From the NCBI GenBank assembly GCA_963840455.1, contig CAWIYV010000009.1:192001-256000 (forward strand): a stretch of 64,000 nt of DNA, in the 5' to 3' direction. Position numbers and translations under genes: made by a program. Shown here one piece after another: positions 22,071 through 32,629 of the stretch. The notes under the pieces are model-generated. The model saw only the letters and a list, made by a program, of their open reading frames with translations. It was not told the origin of the DNA and made no database searches. This DNA comes from Nitrospirota bacterium. Lineage in GTDB: Bacteria > Nitrospirota > UBA9217. Every line of letters starts with the position of its first letter. The first letter of the stretch is position 1.

Positions 22071-22246
22071 TGTTTGATCAGGAGATCCGAATATGATGCA
22101 TTGGGTATATAGCGGCCGGAGGATGGGGTGTGAATTGTGCTTCATATGATGAATGCATGGATGGATATACTACTCGAGGTGTCCATCAAATCGGGGGAGG
22201 CTTAAGGTGAAGCACACAGGTGGCGACAATGTTAGATGGTCAACAA

Positions 22247-22357
22247 TCGAAGCTCCCTGCAGCAAGCTGCAGGGAGCTTCGATCCTCAGGGAACTATCAT
22301 TATTCTAATCGCTCGCTAACCCCGTAGCAAGCTACGGGGAATGCGCTCGCTCCTGGA
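22247..22357 (-). mobile_element. IS200/IS605-like element, copy 5
   Basis: Full two-hairpin copy preceded by TGAA on the minus strand. Confidence 0.8.
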
Positions 22358-22384
22358 TTCAGATTGAAGCATACATCGAAGACT

Positions 22385-23272
22385 CTATGAATCGCGTAAT
22401 TGCAATGATTGCATGGTCCTTTCTATCCCTGTACTGTCCAGCCCCTCCCCGATGACAACCAGCCGGCTGTTCACCACCTCCTTATCAAAGCGGACCGCAT
22501 CCACCTTGCCGTAAGTGCTGTCGAACCGGTATGGCCCTTCCAGAGTATTGATCAGCGCCTTTGCCCGGGCAACCGATCCGAAGCGTCCTCGTGCCAGTTC
22601 ATCAAAGAATGCCGTGAAGGCGGAGAGCGCCTTTCTGCTGCTGACCGGGAGCGATATCGTCTCGAAGTGGAAGTGACATGCGCTGGGTTGGATATGTCGG
22701 TGAAGGGGCGCTGCGGGCAGGGGAATGTTGATCACTGCTTTTACCGTCCGGAACAGCATGGCCCGCGGATTGATGGCCGCGATCAGGCGTTCAGCGGCGG
22801 CGATCGCTGTCTCGTCCGCGAGGTCGGCCTTGTTCACCATGATGAGGTCGGAGTTTACGATCTGGTCTTCGAAGAAGCTCCCGTACATCCCCGACTCGTA
22901 AAGCTCCGTGAACTCCATGGCGTCGACGATGCCGATGACCGACGCGGAGCCGGTGCCCGCGCTCTCGAGCGCTTCGAGCACACCGGACGGCGATGCCACG
23001 CCGGAGGGTTCGATGAGCAGGTGCTCGGGCGAGAACTGTTTCACGATCCTCTGGACCGTGGTGATGAGGTCGAATTTGAGCGTACAGCAGACGCAGCCGC
23101 TCGGCAGCTCCACTGATTCGATCCCTCCTGCGGAAAAGATCTCGCCGTCGATGCCGGCCTGGCCGAAGTCATTCACCAGCACCACGGTCTTTCCGGACCC
23201 GTCCTTTACGAAGTTCCTGATGAACGTCGTCTTTCCCGCGCCCAGCAATCCGCACACAACGGTTGTTCTCAT
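22385..23272 (-). CDS. COG0523/CobW-family metallochaperone GTPase
   Basis: GLLGAGKTT, VNDFG, GCVCC, IEPSG, NKAD. Confidence 0.9.
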   Translation of the reverse strand: MRTTVVCGLLGAGKTTFIRNFVKDGSGKTVVLVNDFGQAGIDGEIFSAGGIESVELPSGCVCCTLKFDLITTVQRIVKQFSPEHLLIEPSGVASPSGVLEALESAGTGSASVIGIVDAMEFTELYESGMYGSFFEDQIVNSDLIMVNKADLADETAIAAAERLIAAINPRAMLFRTVKAVINIPLPAAPLHRHIQPSACHFHFETISLPVSSRKALSAFTAFFDELARGRFGSVARAKALINTLEGPYRFDSTYGKVDAVRFDKEVVNSRLVVIGEGLDSTGIERTMQSLQLRDS

Positions 23273-23319
23273 AAGACCGGTCCTTTTTTCTAAGAAGGAT
23301 CCAGAGCAGAACACCTGAA

Positions 23320-23474
23320 TCCAGGAGCGAGCGCATTCCCCGTAGCTTGTTGCGGGGTCTTGACCCCCGCGTTTACGAGTGGAACCGCGAGTGCGGGGGG
23401 TAGCGAGCGATTAGAACAAATAGGACTACCTTGAGGCTCCAAGATTCCCTGCAGCTTGCTGCAGGGAGCTTCAA
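23320..23474 (+). mobile_element. IS200/IS605-like element, copy 6, with ~42-bp internal insert
   Basis: TGAA|TCCAGG...CTTCAA; extra CCCCCGC..GCGGGGG hairpin at 23359-23400. Confidence 0.8.
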
Positions 23475-23867
23475 CCACGAGGGCGCGAAGAGCTCCAGGA
23501 AAAGCCATAGATTGTGGTTTAGCCCGCTGTTGAGAAATCATGTTCAAGCATGGCTGCATCATTCCCAAAATAATGAATCCCTCCCCAGCCCTCCCCTTAA
23601 TTTAAGGGGAGAAAAAAGGTGGGGTTATGGTTGGGGAAGCCAGGGTCTTCAAGATATACTGGATCCCCATTTTCACTGGGATGACGAGTTAAAAACGATG
23701 TCTTTTCCACTGACCCATTATATTCAAAGGTCCTTTGACTTCCATCGCGTCCCTTGAGGACTTCGCCGTGAAAGGTCATCTTGTCTGATATATGCAATGG
23801 TAATGCCATGGTCCGGAACAGCAGGAGGGGAGACCAGCGCCGCTCGTTACGGCTGTTCCTGAATGAA

Positions 23868-23913
23868 TCCAGGAGCGAGCGCATTCCTCGCAGCTTGCTG
23901 CAGGGAGCTTCAA
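23868..23913 (+). mobile_element. IS200/IS605-like element, short copy 7
   Basis: TGAA|TCCAGGAGCGAGCGCATT-single hairpin-TTCAA. Confidence 0.75.
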
Positions 23914-23961
23914 TAAGACCGCCCTAGGTATAAACAAGAGTAAACCGGTCCGGTGTTCGCC

Positions 23962-24000
23962 TGGGGCATAATTCCCCACGCCGTGGGGCAATTTTCAACG
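23962..24000. promoter_or_regulatory. Putative tandem enhancer (UAS) for a sigma54 activator
   Basis: Palindrome TGGGG-N7-CCCCA followed by a second TGGGGCAATTTT site, ~110-145 bp upstream of the -24/-12 motif. Confidence 0.5.
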
Positions 24001-24105
24001 GCTCAAATTCTACATAGAAGGTAATCTCCTTGCCATGCAATGCTCTCCGGCCCAAAAGGTGCCCTGTCTCGCAGGGTTCTGCATTCGTTCAGGCTACCCC
24101 GCATC

Positions 24106-24121
24106 TGGCATTACAGTTGCA
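24106..24121 (+). promoter_or_regulatory. Sigma54 -24/-12 promoter
   Basis: TGGCATTACAGTTGCA, exact GG-N10-GC spacing, at the head of the methyltransferase cluster. Confidence 0.75.
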
Positions 24122-24135
24122 CAATAATGTCCGTC

Positions 24136-24465
24136 ATGAAGAATATCATCCTCTGTTCCTCCAATCCGCTGCTGATCAAGAACGTCTATTGTGTTCTTCG
24201 CGATGAGGGATACACCGTTGATACTGTCGAGCATCCCGCCCTTGCCGTTAAGAAGGTCCTCTGGGGAGCCTACGATTTCGTCATCGTGGACTCGGAGCCT
24301 TTCGGCATGTCCGCCGGTGAAGCGGCGCAGATCATCAAGTCCGTCGCGCCTGGCATGCCCATCATGTTCCTGGGCGGCGAAGGGGAGCTGGACTATACCG
24401 CCGGCACCGGCGCACCGCTTGACCTCGAAGTGTTCACGAAAATGATCCATAGCATGGCGGTCTGA
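24136..24465 (+). CDS. Atypical stand-alone receiver-domain protein
   Basis: LRDEGYTV..YDFVIVD..PIMFL receiver pattern; lacks the N-terminal acidic pair. Confidence 0.65.
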   Translation: MKNIILCSSNPLLIKNVYCVLRDEGYTVDTVEHPALAVKKVLWGAYDFVIVDSEPFGMSAGEAAQIIKSVAPGMPIMFLGGEGELDYTAGTGAPLDLEVFTKMIHSMAV

Positions 24466-24499
24466 TGATGCGAATCCAATGATGGCGAAGGGAGATACT

Positions 24500-25528
24500 A
24501 TGACACCGAAAGAAGTGATCCTGAAGGCGTACGAAGGGGGAAAGCCTGACCGGCTGCCGGTGACCCTCTTCGGCGCGGGCATGTGGAGCATCAAGCGGCA
24601 TGGAACATCGTTCGAGGCCCTGTCACGGGACGCTGACAAGATGGCGGACATGCTCGTGGCCATGAGCGAAACGCTCAAGTGCGACATCGTCTATCCCGGA
24701 TCGGGCTACAACAACTTCCACGCTTCTGCCCTGGGCGGGAAGATCAAGTTCCGGGAGATGGGCGCACCTGACCTGGAGAACCATTTCGTTTCGTCCGAGG
24801 AGGACCTGGCGAAGCTCAAGCTCTCGGACCTAGACAAGGACGAGGTCATCAGCACCGTGATCAAGGCCTTGCGCAAGACCAAGGCGAAGATCGGCAGCAA
24901 CTATGTCGTGACCATGACGGCCTGGGGACCCTTTACCCTCGGCGCGCGGCTCGTGGGCGAAGAGGCCATGATGAAGGCCACGTTCAAGAAGCCGGCCTTC
25001 GTCGAAAAGGTCGTGGATTTCGCCACCGATATCCTGATCCACCTCTACGAGCCCATCGTGGCGGACAAGACCCTCGAGGTCATCAGCCTCGCGGACCCCA
25101 CGGCCTCGGGCGACCTTATCTCCAAGAAGCAGTTCGAGAAGTTCGCCGTTCCGTACCTCAAGAAGTTTACGGACTGGGCGAAGTCGAAGGGCGTCCACAC
25201 ACTGGTCCACATCTGCGGCAACACCACGGACCGGCTGGACCTGTTCCCGATGACCGGCGCCAGCTGCATCAGTCTGGACCATAAGACGGACATCGCCAAG
25301 GCCAAGGAAGCGCTCCACGGCAAGATGTGCTTCGGCGGGAACGTGGACCCCGTGAAGGTCATGCTGAACGGCACGGTCCAGGACGTGGAGAACGCTTGCA
25401 AGGACATCATCAAAGCCGCCGGCACCGACGGCGGGTTCGTACTTATGCCGGGGTGCGACATCCCCCCGACCGTTCCGTACGAGAACATCCAGAAGTTGAT
25501 CCAGGTGGCGCATGAGTGGAAATACTAG
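24500..25528 (+). CDS. MtaA/CmuA-type (UroD fold) Zn methyltransferase 1
   Basis: GPFTLG, ADPTASGDLIS, Zn ligands HICG and PGCDI, GNVDP. Confidence 0.88.
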   Translation: MTPKEVILKAYEGGKPDRLPVTLFGAGMWSIKRHGTSFEALSRDADKMADMLVAMSETLKCDIVYPGSGYNNFHASALGGKIKFREMGAPDLENHFVSSEEDLAKLKLSDLDKDEVISTVIKALRKTKAKIGSNYVVTMTAWGPFTLGARLVGEEAMMKATFKKPAFVEKVVDFATDILIHLYEPIVADKTLEVISLADPTASGDLISKKQFEKFAVPYLKKFTDWAKSKGVHTLVHICGNTTDRLDLFPMTGASCISLDHKTDIAKAKEALHGKMCFGGNVDPVKVMLNGTVQDVENACKDIIKAAGTDGGFVLMPGCDIPPTVPYENIQKLIQVAHEWKY

Positions 25529-25738
25529 AAACGTCCAACACCACCGATGAACACTGATGTAAGAGAGCAGAAACAGTATCGCTGCAGATCATATCAACGC
25601 TGTCCTATCTTAAGAAAAGGAGGTATCGCGGTTCCAACGCAGTAGTGAGTGGAGGCAACTCCAGTAGGTATTGTGGACGAGTTCAAGAAGCTGTTTTCCC
25701 GGGCGCAGACAGCGGCCGGGCAGAAGGAGGAAAGCAAA

Positions 25739-26182
25739 ATGGCTGACAAGAAGATGACAGTGGAAGAAGTGAACGAGTATATGAAGAAGCAGTGCGGCTT
25801 CGTGCCGAGGATGTTCCAGATCATCAACACCGTTTCGCCGGAGCCGGGCAGGACCTTCGCCGATTTCTATGCCAGCATCTTCGGCGATGGGGCACTTTCC
25901 CGTAAGGTGAAAGAGCTCATGTTCATGTCGGGTGGCGTGGCCTACTGCTCGCCGCGGTGCATCATCCACGTGATCCCGGCGATCAACGCCGGCGCCACGG
26001 ACGGTGAGATCTTCGAAGCGGCATCGGTCGGCATGATCCTTGGGGGCTTCGTTCCCGGCGGACCGGGCATCCCCTATGCCTTCGAGTACGCGCTCAAGTG
26101 CATCGATATCGCCGGCAAGTACCGTAAGGGCGAGAAGTGGGAGTATCTCCCGCAGCCCAAGTTCGACCACGGCGTGTTCTAA
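25739..26182 (+). CDS. Carboxymuconolactone decarboxylase/AhpD-family protein
   Basis: GALSRKVKEL, CSPRCIIH, AGATDGEIFEA; AAGGAGG RBS. Confidence 0.85.
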   Translation: MADKKMTVEEVNEYMKKQCGFVPRMFQIINTVSPEPGRTFADFYASIFGDGALSRKVKELMFMSGGVAYCSPRCIIHVIPAINAGATDGEIFEAASVGMILGGFVPGGPGIPYAFEYALKCIDIAGKYRKGEKWEYLPQPKFDHGVF

Positions 26183-26351
26183 CCTGTCGTCAGGGAGGCG
26201 TTCTCTTGCCTCCCCCGGACTCATACAACCAATTCATACAAGAATAAACGGTTTTTACCACAGAGGACAGAGAGTTCGCAGAGGAGAACCGCAATGGTTT
26301 TTCTTGATGACCTCGGTGGCTAAATCGATTTATCGTTCATAAGGAGTCTCC

Positions 26352-27299
26352 ATGTTCAGGTTCTCGAAAGAGCAAAAGGTCTTCAACCTCAACGGCATCA
26401 AGGTCGGCGGCCAAGCAGGCGAGAACCCACCGGTGCTGATCGCGTCCATGTTCCACAACAAGGACCGGATCGTCGTTGACCGCAAGGGGAACTTCGACCG
26501 CCTGAAGGCCGTGGAGCTCATCCGGAAGCAGGAGGAGCTGTCCGTCTCCACGGGCATCCCGTCGCTCGTTGCCATGGTCGCGAACTCGGCCGAGGAGGCG
26601 AAGATCTACATCGACTTCTACCGCGAGACGACGACCATGCCCTTCGGCATCGACATGTGGGTAGCCGAGAAACGGGCCGAAGCCACGGAGTACGTGGCCA
26701 AGCTGGGCCTGCAGGACAAATTTCTGTACAACAGCATCACACCCTGGGACAAGGACATCAAGGGACAGGTGCAAAAGCTCAAGGACCTGGGGATCAAGCA
26801 TGTGGTGGTCCAGGCCTTCGATGACCAGGACCAGACGCCGGGTGGGCGTCTGAAATCCCTCGAGAAGCTGCTTGACCAGGGCGCGGGAGACTTCGACACC
26901 GTCATCGTCGATACGTCGGTGATGAACCTGCCCGCCACGTCGTTCTCCCTCATTGCCAACCGGCTGATCAAGGAAAAGCTCGGCCTCCCCTGCGGCGGTG
27001 CTTACTCGAACGGCACGCACATGTGGAAGGACGCGAAGACCCTCTGGAGCCTCGACGGGTTCCGGGCCATGGACGCCGTGGTGCAGGGCATGTCGTCGGT
27101 GCTCTGGAGCGACTTCAACTTTTACGGCCCCATCGTCACGGCGCCGCGCATCTTCCCGGCCGTGGCGGCGGCCCACATCCTTCTCACGACGCTGCTCTAC
27201 GACGAGACGAAGAAGATCGCCGACAATCCGAACCTTCCGATCAAGAAGTACTTTGGCGACTTCCTGGGCAAACTGACCGCAGGAGCAGCGAGGAAATAG
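26352..27299 (+). CDS. MtrH-family methylcorrinoid:pterin (H4folate/H4MPT) methyltransferase
   Basis: MFRFSKEQKVF..KVGGQAGENPPVLIASMF N-terminus typical of MtrH, LYNSI, LPCGG, FYGPI. Confidence 0.88.
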   Translation: MFRFSKEQKVFNLNGIKVGGQAGENPPVLIASMFHNKDRIVVDRKGNFDRLKAVELIRKQEELSVSTGIPSLVAMVANSAEEAKIYIDFYRETTTMPFGIDMWVAEKRAEATEYVAKLGLQDKFLYNSITPWDKDIKGQVQKLKDLGIKHVVVQAFDDQDQTPGGRLKSLEKLLDQGAGDFDTVIVDTSVMNLPATSFSLIANRLIKEKLGLPCGGAYSNGTHMWKDAKTLWSLDGFRAMDAVVQGMSSVLWSDFNFYGPIVTAPRIFPAVAAAHILLTTLLYDETKKIADNPNLPIKKYFGDFLGKLTAGAARK

Positions 27300-27410
27300 A
27301 ACTGCAAGAGCGTAAAGGGCAAGAGGTAAAAGGTAAAGGGCAAGGCAGGGAATTCAGAACGCTCCTCGCTCCTCACCCCTTGTTTCTTACGGATCCTTCA
27401 AGGAGGTTCA

Positions 27411-28431
27411 ATGAACGCACGAGAACGGGTACTGAAGATGTTCGCCGGCGAGGAGGTCGACCGGCCGCCCTGCTTCAGCGGCATGGGCAACGTGACGACC
27501 GAAGGTCTTAAAAAGCTGAACCAGAACTTCGCGGCAACGCATCTTGACGCGAAGATGATGGCTGCTGCCGCGGCGTCGACCTACAAGCTCTTTGGCTTCG
27601 AATGCGGCGTAGCGCCCTTCGACCTCTGCATCGAGGCCGAGGCCATGGGGTGCGAGATCAATGTATATGCCCATTCCGAGGACCTGCTGTATCCCACGAT
27701 CAAGAAGAAGCTGATCCACAACGAGGCGGAGCTTGACATCACCATCCCCGGCGACCTTACTCAAGCGCGGGAGGGTGCCGCTCATGGTGGACGTCATCAA
27801 GCAGCTCAAGAAGGACATCGGCAGCGAGGCGCCCGTGGGCTCCTATGTGCTCGGGCCGTTCACGCTGGCAGGCCAGATCATGGAGTTGAACGACCTCCTG
27901 AAGCTGTCCTTCAAGAAGCCGGACAAGATCGGGAAGCTGCTGGACCAGATGGCGGGCGTGATCATCCAGGTGGCGCAGGAGTACGAGAAGGCAGGTGTGG
28001 ACTTCATTACCGTGCGGGAGATGGGGGCGACGTCGGATGTGCTCTCCCCCCGGGTGTTCAAGAGCCTGATCCTGCCGTACCTCAAGAGGATCTTCGAGAA
28101 GCTGACCGTGCCGAGCGTACTCCATATCTGCGGCAAGACGAATGACATCGTCCCGTTCATGGCCGAGAGCGGCGCGAAGGCCATCAGTGTGGACCAAAAG
28201 AATGACGTCGCCGAGACGCGCAAGAAGCTCGGCCCCAGGGCGCTGGTCTTCGGGAACTACGACCCCTACAACGTGCTGGTCGCGGGGACGCCGGACCTGG
28301 TGCGCCAGACCATCAAGAAATGCATGGACGACGGCGTAAGCGCGGTCTGGCCCGGCTGCGACATCTGGCCGACGGTGCCGGCCGAGAACTTCAAGACCAT
28401 GATGGAGGTCGTAAAAAATTACCGGAGGTGA
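27411..28431 (+). pseudogene. MtaA/CmuA-type Zn methyltransferase 2, split by a +1 frameshift near 27759 (real or sequencing error)
   Basis: First frame gives MNARER..PFDLCIEAEAMG..IPGDL; second frame continues LKRGRVP..GPFTLAG..LHICG..PGCDI. Confidence 0.82.
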
Positions 28432-28436
28432 TCCCT

Positions 28437-29125
<689 letters not shown>

Positions 29126-29129
<4 letters not shown>

Positions 29130-29818
29130 AGACCTCGCTCAAGCGGGAGCTGCTGGACCACGGAGCAGCGGTCGTGGGGATCGCCGGCCTTCGCGGGTAT
29201 CTGAGCGGTGAGATCGCCCACCTGGACCGGGCGGTGTCCATCGGCGTGGACCGGAAACTGAACGAAGATACGCTTGCGCTCCTTACGAGGCTCCAGAAGC
29301 GGACGGTTCGTTTCCTGAAGGCCCGGGGTCACCGGACGCTGGCGATCCCGCCGGACTCGGACCGTCGGAAGGGGACGTTCGTCTCCAAGCTCTATTCGCT
29401 CTTCAACCACAAGATGGCGGCGACTTCAGCGGGGCTGGGCTGGATCGGGAAGAACGGCCTGCTCATCAGCCCCGAACATGGTCCGCGGCTCTCCCTGGCC
29501 ACGGTGCTGACCGACGCACCGATGAGGCCGGACGTGCCCATCGAACACTGCTTGTGCGGTGAGTGCGTGCTCTGCATCGAGCATTGTCCGTCGCAGGCGA
29601 TCACTGGCGCGAAATGGTCGCGCTCCTCACCGTTCACGGAACTGGTGAGTCTGGGTGCGTGCCGGAGCCACAAGACAAGCAAACGCCAGACCGCGGGCAA
29701 GCCCAACTGCGGGCTGTGCATCAACATCTGTCCCTACGGCCGGCGGTTGGGGACAGAAGCGATCACCAGGCAGAATAAGCAGGATATCACCGCCAAGGCG
29801 CAAAGGACGCAAAGGTAG
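29126..29818 (+). CDS. QueG/reductive-dehalogenase-like Fe-S protein
   Basis: HKMAATSAGLGWIGKNGLLISPEHGPR, CGECVLCIEHCP, CGLCINICP. Confidence 0.8.
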
Positions 29819-29896
29819 AAAAGGAGAACGGGTTCGCCGTCCTTCACGCTCTTCGCGCCTTCGCGGTAAAATGATCTCGACCTGGGGAGGAAGTAA

Positions 29897-31876
29897 ATGT
29901 CCAAGAAGCATAAAGTGATCTTCCAGCCGTCGGGCAGGCGCGGCGAGATCGAGGACGGGAAGACCATCCTCGAGGCGGCCCAGGCCATGGGCGTTGACAT
30001 CGAAGGGCTCTGCGGCAACAAGAAGGTCTGCGGCAAGTGCAAGGTCAGGATCGAGGAAGGGTACTTCGAGAAGGACAATATCGAATCTGGGATGGCCCAC
30101 CTCTCGCCGTTGACCGAAGGGGAGAAGAAGCACATCAAGCCCGAGGACGGCCCCGGGATGAGATTGTCCTGCACCGCCGAGGTCCACGGCGACATCAAGG
30201 TCTTCGTGCCCGAACGGTCGCGCGCAGGCAAGCAGGTGGTGCGCAAGGCAGCCAAGGAGCTCACCATCAAGCTGGACCCGGCGGTGAAGAAGTACAACAT
30301 CGACCTCGTGCCCCCCACGCTCCACGACATGACCACCGGCGACTGGGAGCGGGTGCTCAAGTTCCTCGAGGACGACTACGGCCTGAAGGGGCTGACCTTC
30401 GATTACCTTGTCCTGAAGGACCTCCAGGATACCCTGCGCAAGGGAGAATGGAAAGCCACGGTCACGGTCTGGATGGACAAGGAGATCATCAAGGTCGAGC
30501 CCGGCTTCGTTGAGGTGAGCTACGGGCTTGCCGTGGACATCGGCACCACGACCTGCGTGGGGTACCTTACGGACCTGAGCACGGGCAAGGTGGTGAACAC
30601 CGAGTCCATGATGAACCCCCAGGTGCCCTATGGCGAGGATGTGATGTCGCGCATCACCTACGCCATGAGCAATCCCGGCATGGGCCTCGAGACCATGCAG
30701 AAGGCCATCATCCAGGGCCTGAACGAGATCATCGAGCGCGTGGTGACCGATATCAGGAAGGACGGCCCGAATCCGGGGTACGTCATCGACGATCTCACGA
30801 TCGTGTTCAACACGGCCATGCACCACATCTTCCTCGGCATGAACCCCGAGTATATCGGCCGCTCACCCTTCATCCCCGCAGTCCAGAGCTCGCTCGACAT
30901 CAAGGCGCGCGACCTGGGACTTCGCATCAATCCCTCGGCGTACATCCACGTGCTGCCCATCGAGGCGGGCTTCGTGGGCGCCGACAATGTGGGCGTGCTG
31001 ATCGCCGAGGAACCCTACAACCAGGACGAGAAGGTGCTGATCATCGACATCGGCACGAACGGCGAACTGCTCATGGGCAACCGAAACAAAGTCTGCTCCA
31101 CGTCCTGCGCCACCGGGCCGGCCTTTGAGGGCGCCCAGATCAAGTTCGGCATGCGCGCGGCCCCCGGCGCCATCGAGACCGTGGAGATCGATCCTGCGAC
31201 GAAAGAACCGCGCTACAAGGTCATCGGCAAGGCGGACTGGCATACGCACATCGAGAAGGTGGACGCCAAGGGCCTCTGCGGCTCGGCCATCATCCAGGTT
31301 GTGGCGGAGATGTTCAAGGCGGGCATCATCGACAAGTCAGGCAGGTTCGTGCTGGACCTGGGCACTCCGCGCGTGCGCAAGGACGTTGAGGGCAAGCCCG
31401 AATACGTGCTTGCCTGGGCATCGGAGACGTCCATCGGCCAGGACATCACCGTCACCCAGGGCGATGTGCGGGCACTGCAGCTAGCCAAGGGAGCGCTCTA
31501 TACGGGGGCGAAGCTCATGATGAAACGGCTCGGCATCACGACGCTTGACCGGGTGATCCTGGCAGGCGCGTTCGGCAGCCATATCGACCGCGAGGCGTCC
31601 ATGACGCTCGGCCTGTTCCCGGACTGCGCCCTCGACAAGGTCTACGCCGTGGGCAATGCGGCAGGCGACGGCTCGCGCATGGCGCTCCTGAACCGGGACA
31701 AGCGGCGCGAAGCGAACGAACGGGCGCGCTGGGTCGAGTTCGTCGAGATCGCCACGGATCCGGCCTTCGAGAAGGAGTTCATGCAGGCCATGCACATCCC
31801 GCATATGAAGGACAAGTTCCCGAACGTGAAGGAGCTCCTCGCGAAGAAGGGAAGCAGCGTGGAGATCAAGGGATGA
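29897..31876 (+). CDS. ASKHA-domain ATP-dependent corrinoid activator (RACo/DUF4445, RamA-like function)
   Basis: N-terminal [2Fe-2S] (CGNKKVCGKC), AVDIGTTT, NPQVPYGEDVMSRI, DIGTNGE, ATGPAFEG, LAGAFG. Confidence 0.92.
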   Translation: MSKKHKVIFQPSGRRGEIEDGKTILEAAQAMGVDIEGLCGNKKVCGKCKVRIEEGYFEKDNIESGMAHLSPLTEGEKKHIKPEDGPGMRLSCTAEVHGDIKVFVPERSRAGKQVVRKAAKELTIKLDPAVKKYNIDLVPPTLHDMTTGDWERVLKFLEDDYGLKGLTFDYLVLKDLQDTLRKGEWKATVTVWMDKEIIKVEPGFVEVSYGLAVDIGTTTCVGYLTDLSTGKVVNTESMMNPQVPYGEDVMSRITYAMSNPGMGLETMQKAIIQGLNEIIERVVTDIRKDGPNPGYVIDDLTIVFNTAMHHIFLGMNPEYIGRSPFIPAVQSSLDIKARDLGLRINPSAYIHVLPIEAGFVGADNVGVLIAEEPYNQDEKVLIIDIGTNGELLMGNRNKVCSTSCATGPAFEGAQIKFGMRAAPGAIETVEIDPATKEPRYKVIGKADWHTHIEKVDAKGLCGSAIIQVVAEMFKAGIIDKSGRFVLDLGTPRVRKDVEGKPEYVLAWASETSIGQDITVTQGDVRALQLAKGALYTGAKLMMKRLGITTLDRVILAGAFGSHIDREASMTLGLFPDCALDKVYAVGNAAGDGSRMALLNRDKRREANERARWVEFVEIATDPAFEKEFMQAMHIPHMKDKFPNVKELLAKKGSSVEIKG

Positions 31877-31936
31877 ATCAATTGCGGATTTCGGATCGCG
31901 GAATGAAGACAAAGACAGCAGGACAAATGCTATTTT

Positions 31937-32087
31937 ACCGCAGAGAGCGCTGAGCACGCAGAGGATAGATAAATATTAACTAACGTTGAAAACGACCCAT
32001 TGGCTGTCTTTCCGAGCAAGCGAAGCAGTCACGTATTAAATTGATCTACAATAGGTTATTCTCCGCGGTCTCTGCGTCCTCTGCGGT
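31937..32087. repeat. 9-bp-period inverted repeat (ACCGCAGAG type)
   Basis: ACCGCAGAGAGCGCTGAGCACGCAGAG...CTCCGCGGTCTCTGCGTCCTCTGCGGT around an AT-rich spacer. Confidence 0.75.
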
Positions 32088-32243
32088 GAAAAAGCTTCTC
32101 TTCTCAATTTATGGTTTCAGGATTATCACCGCGGACTCCCTCCTGGTGATAGTTGAGGCGGCAGGGGCGGGAAGGCGTTCCCCCGGACGTTGTTCCTTCC
32201 CGCCCTTCTTCCTTAGAAGGCCCGGTCCGGGATCGGATGGCAT

Positions 32244-32561
32244 ATGACCAAAGTGATCGTCAACTCAGGGGCATGCGGCTTCACGGTCACCATCACGGCC
32301 GAGAAGGCGAAGGACAAGAAGGTTCTCATCATCCTGGACACGGCCTGCGAGATGGTGAAAAAGCTGCAGACAGATATCGCTTCTGTCGACCGGATGGTGA
32401 CGCTCACGGGCTTTGCCGACAATCCGGTCTACCGCTCCGCTGCAAAGCATCTCAAGCACGTCGCCTGTCCGGTCCCGTCCGCCATCCTGAAGGCCATCGA
32501 GACCGAATCAGGCATGAACGTGCCGAAGGACGTGCGGATCGAGTTCGTCCGGGAGAAATGA
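32244..32561 (+). CDS. Small Cys-containing conserved protein, DUF6951-like
   Basis: GACGF, C, HVACPVPSAILKAIE, PKDVRIEF pattern; genome-typical codon usage. Confidence 0.7.
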   Translation: MTKVIVNSGACGFTVTITAEKAKDKKVLIILDTACEMVKKLQTDIASVDRMVTLTGFADNPVYRSAAKHLKHVACPVPSAILKAIETESGMNVPKDVRIEFVREK

Positions 32562-32629
32562 CGGCGCTCCTCGCATCTTCCGCGTGCCCGCTGTGTTATA
32601 CTGAGAGCACTTTTCGGAAACGGACGGCC

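Noticed and set aside
23480-24100. Cobalamin riboswitch ahead of the corrinoid cluster or the cobW-like gene
   Set aside because: No recognisable B12-box could be found by eye; the region is filled with repeats.
24500-25528. Annotation as uroporphyrinogen decarboxylase (hemE), given nearby hemG
   Set aside because: It lacks the RQAGR motif, has HxC..C Zn ligands, and sits with corrinoid genes.
25547-25645. ATG-initiated 32-codon ORF leading into the TAG-TGA
   Set aside because: Its ATG lies within a CACAGATGAACAC-type repeat arm and has no SD.
26352-27299. Evidence of methanogenesis or an archaeal contig
   Set aside because: No mcr or mtrA-G; sigma54, mla, alr and bacterial SECIS are present, and the same repeat families run through the cluster.
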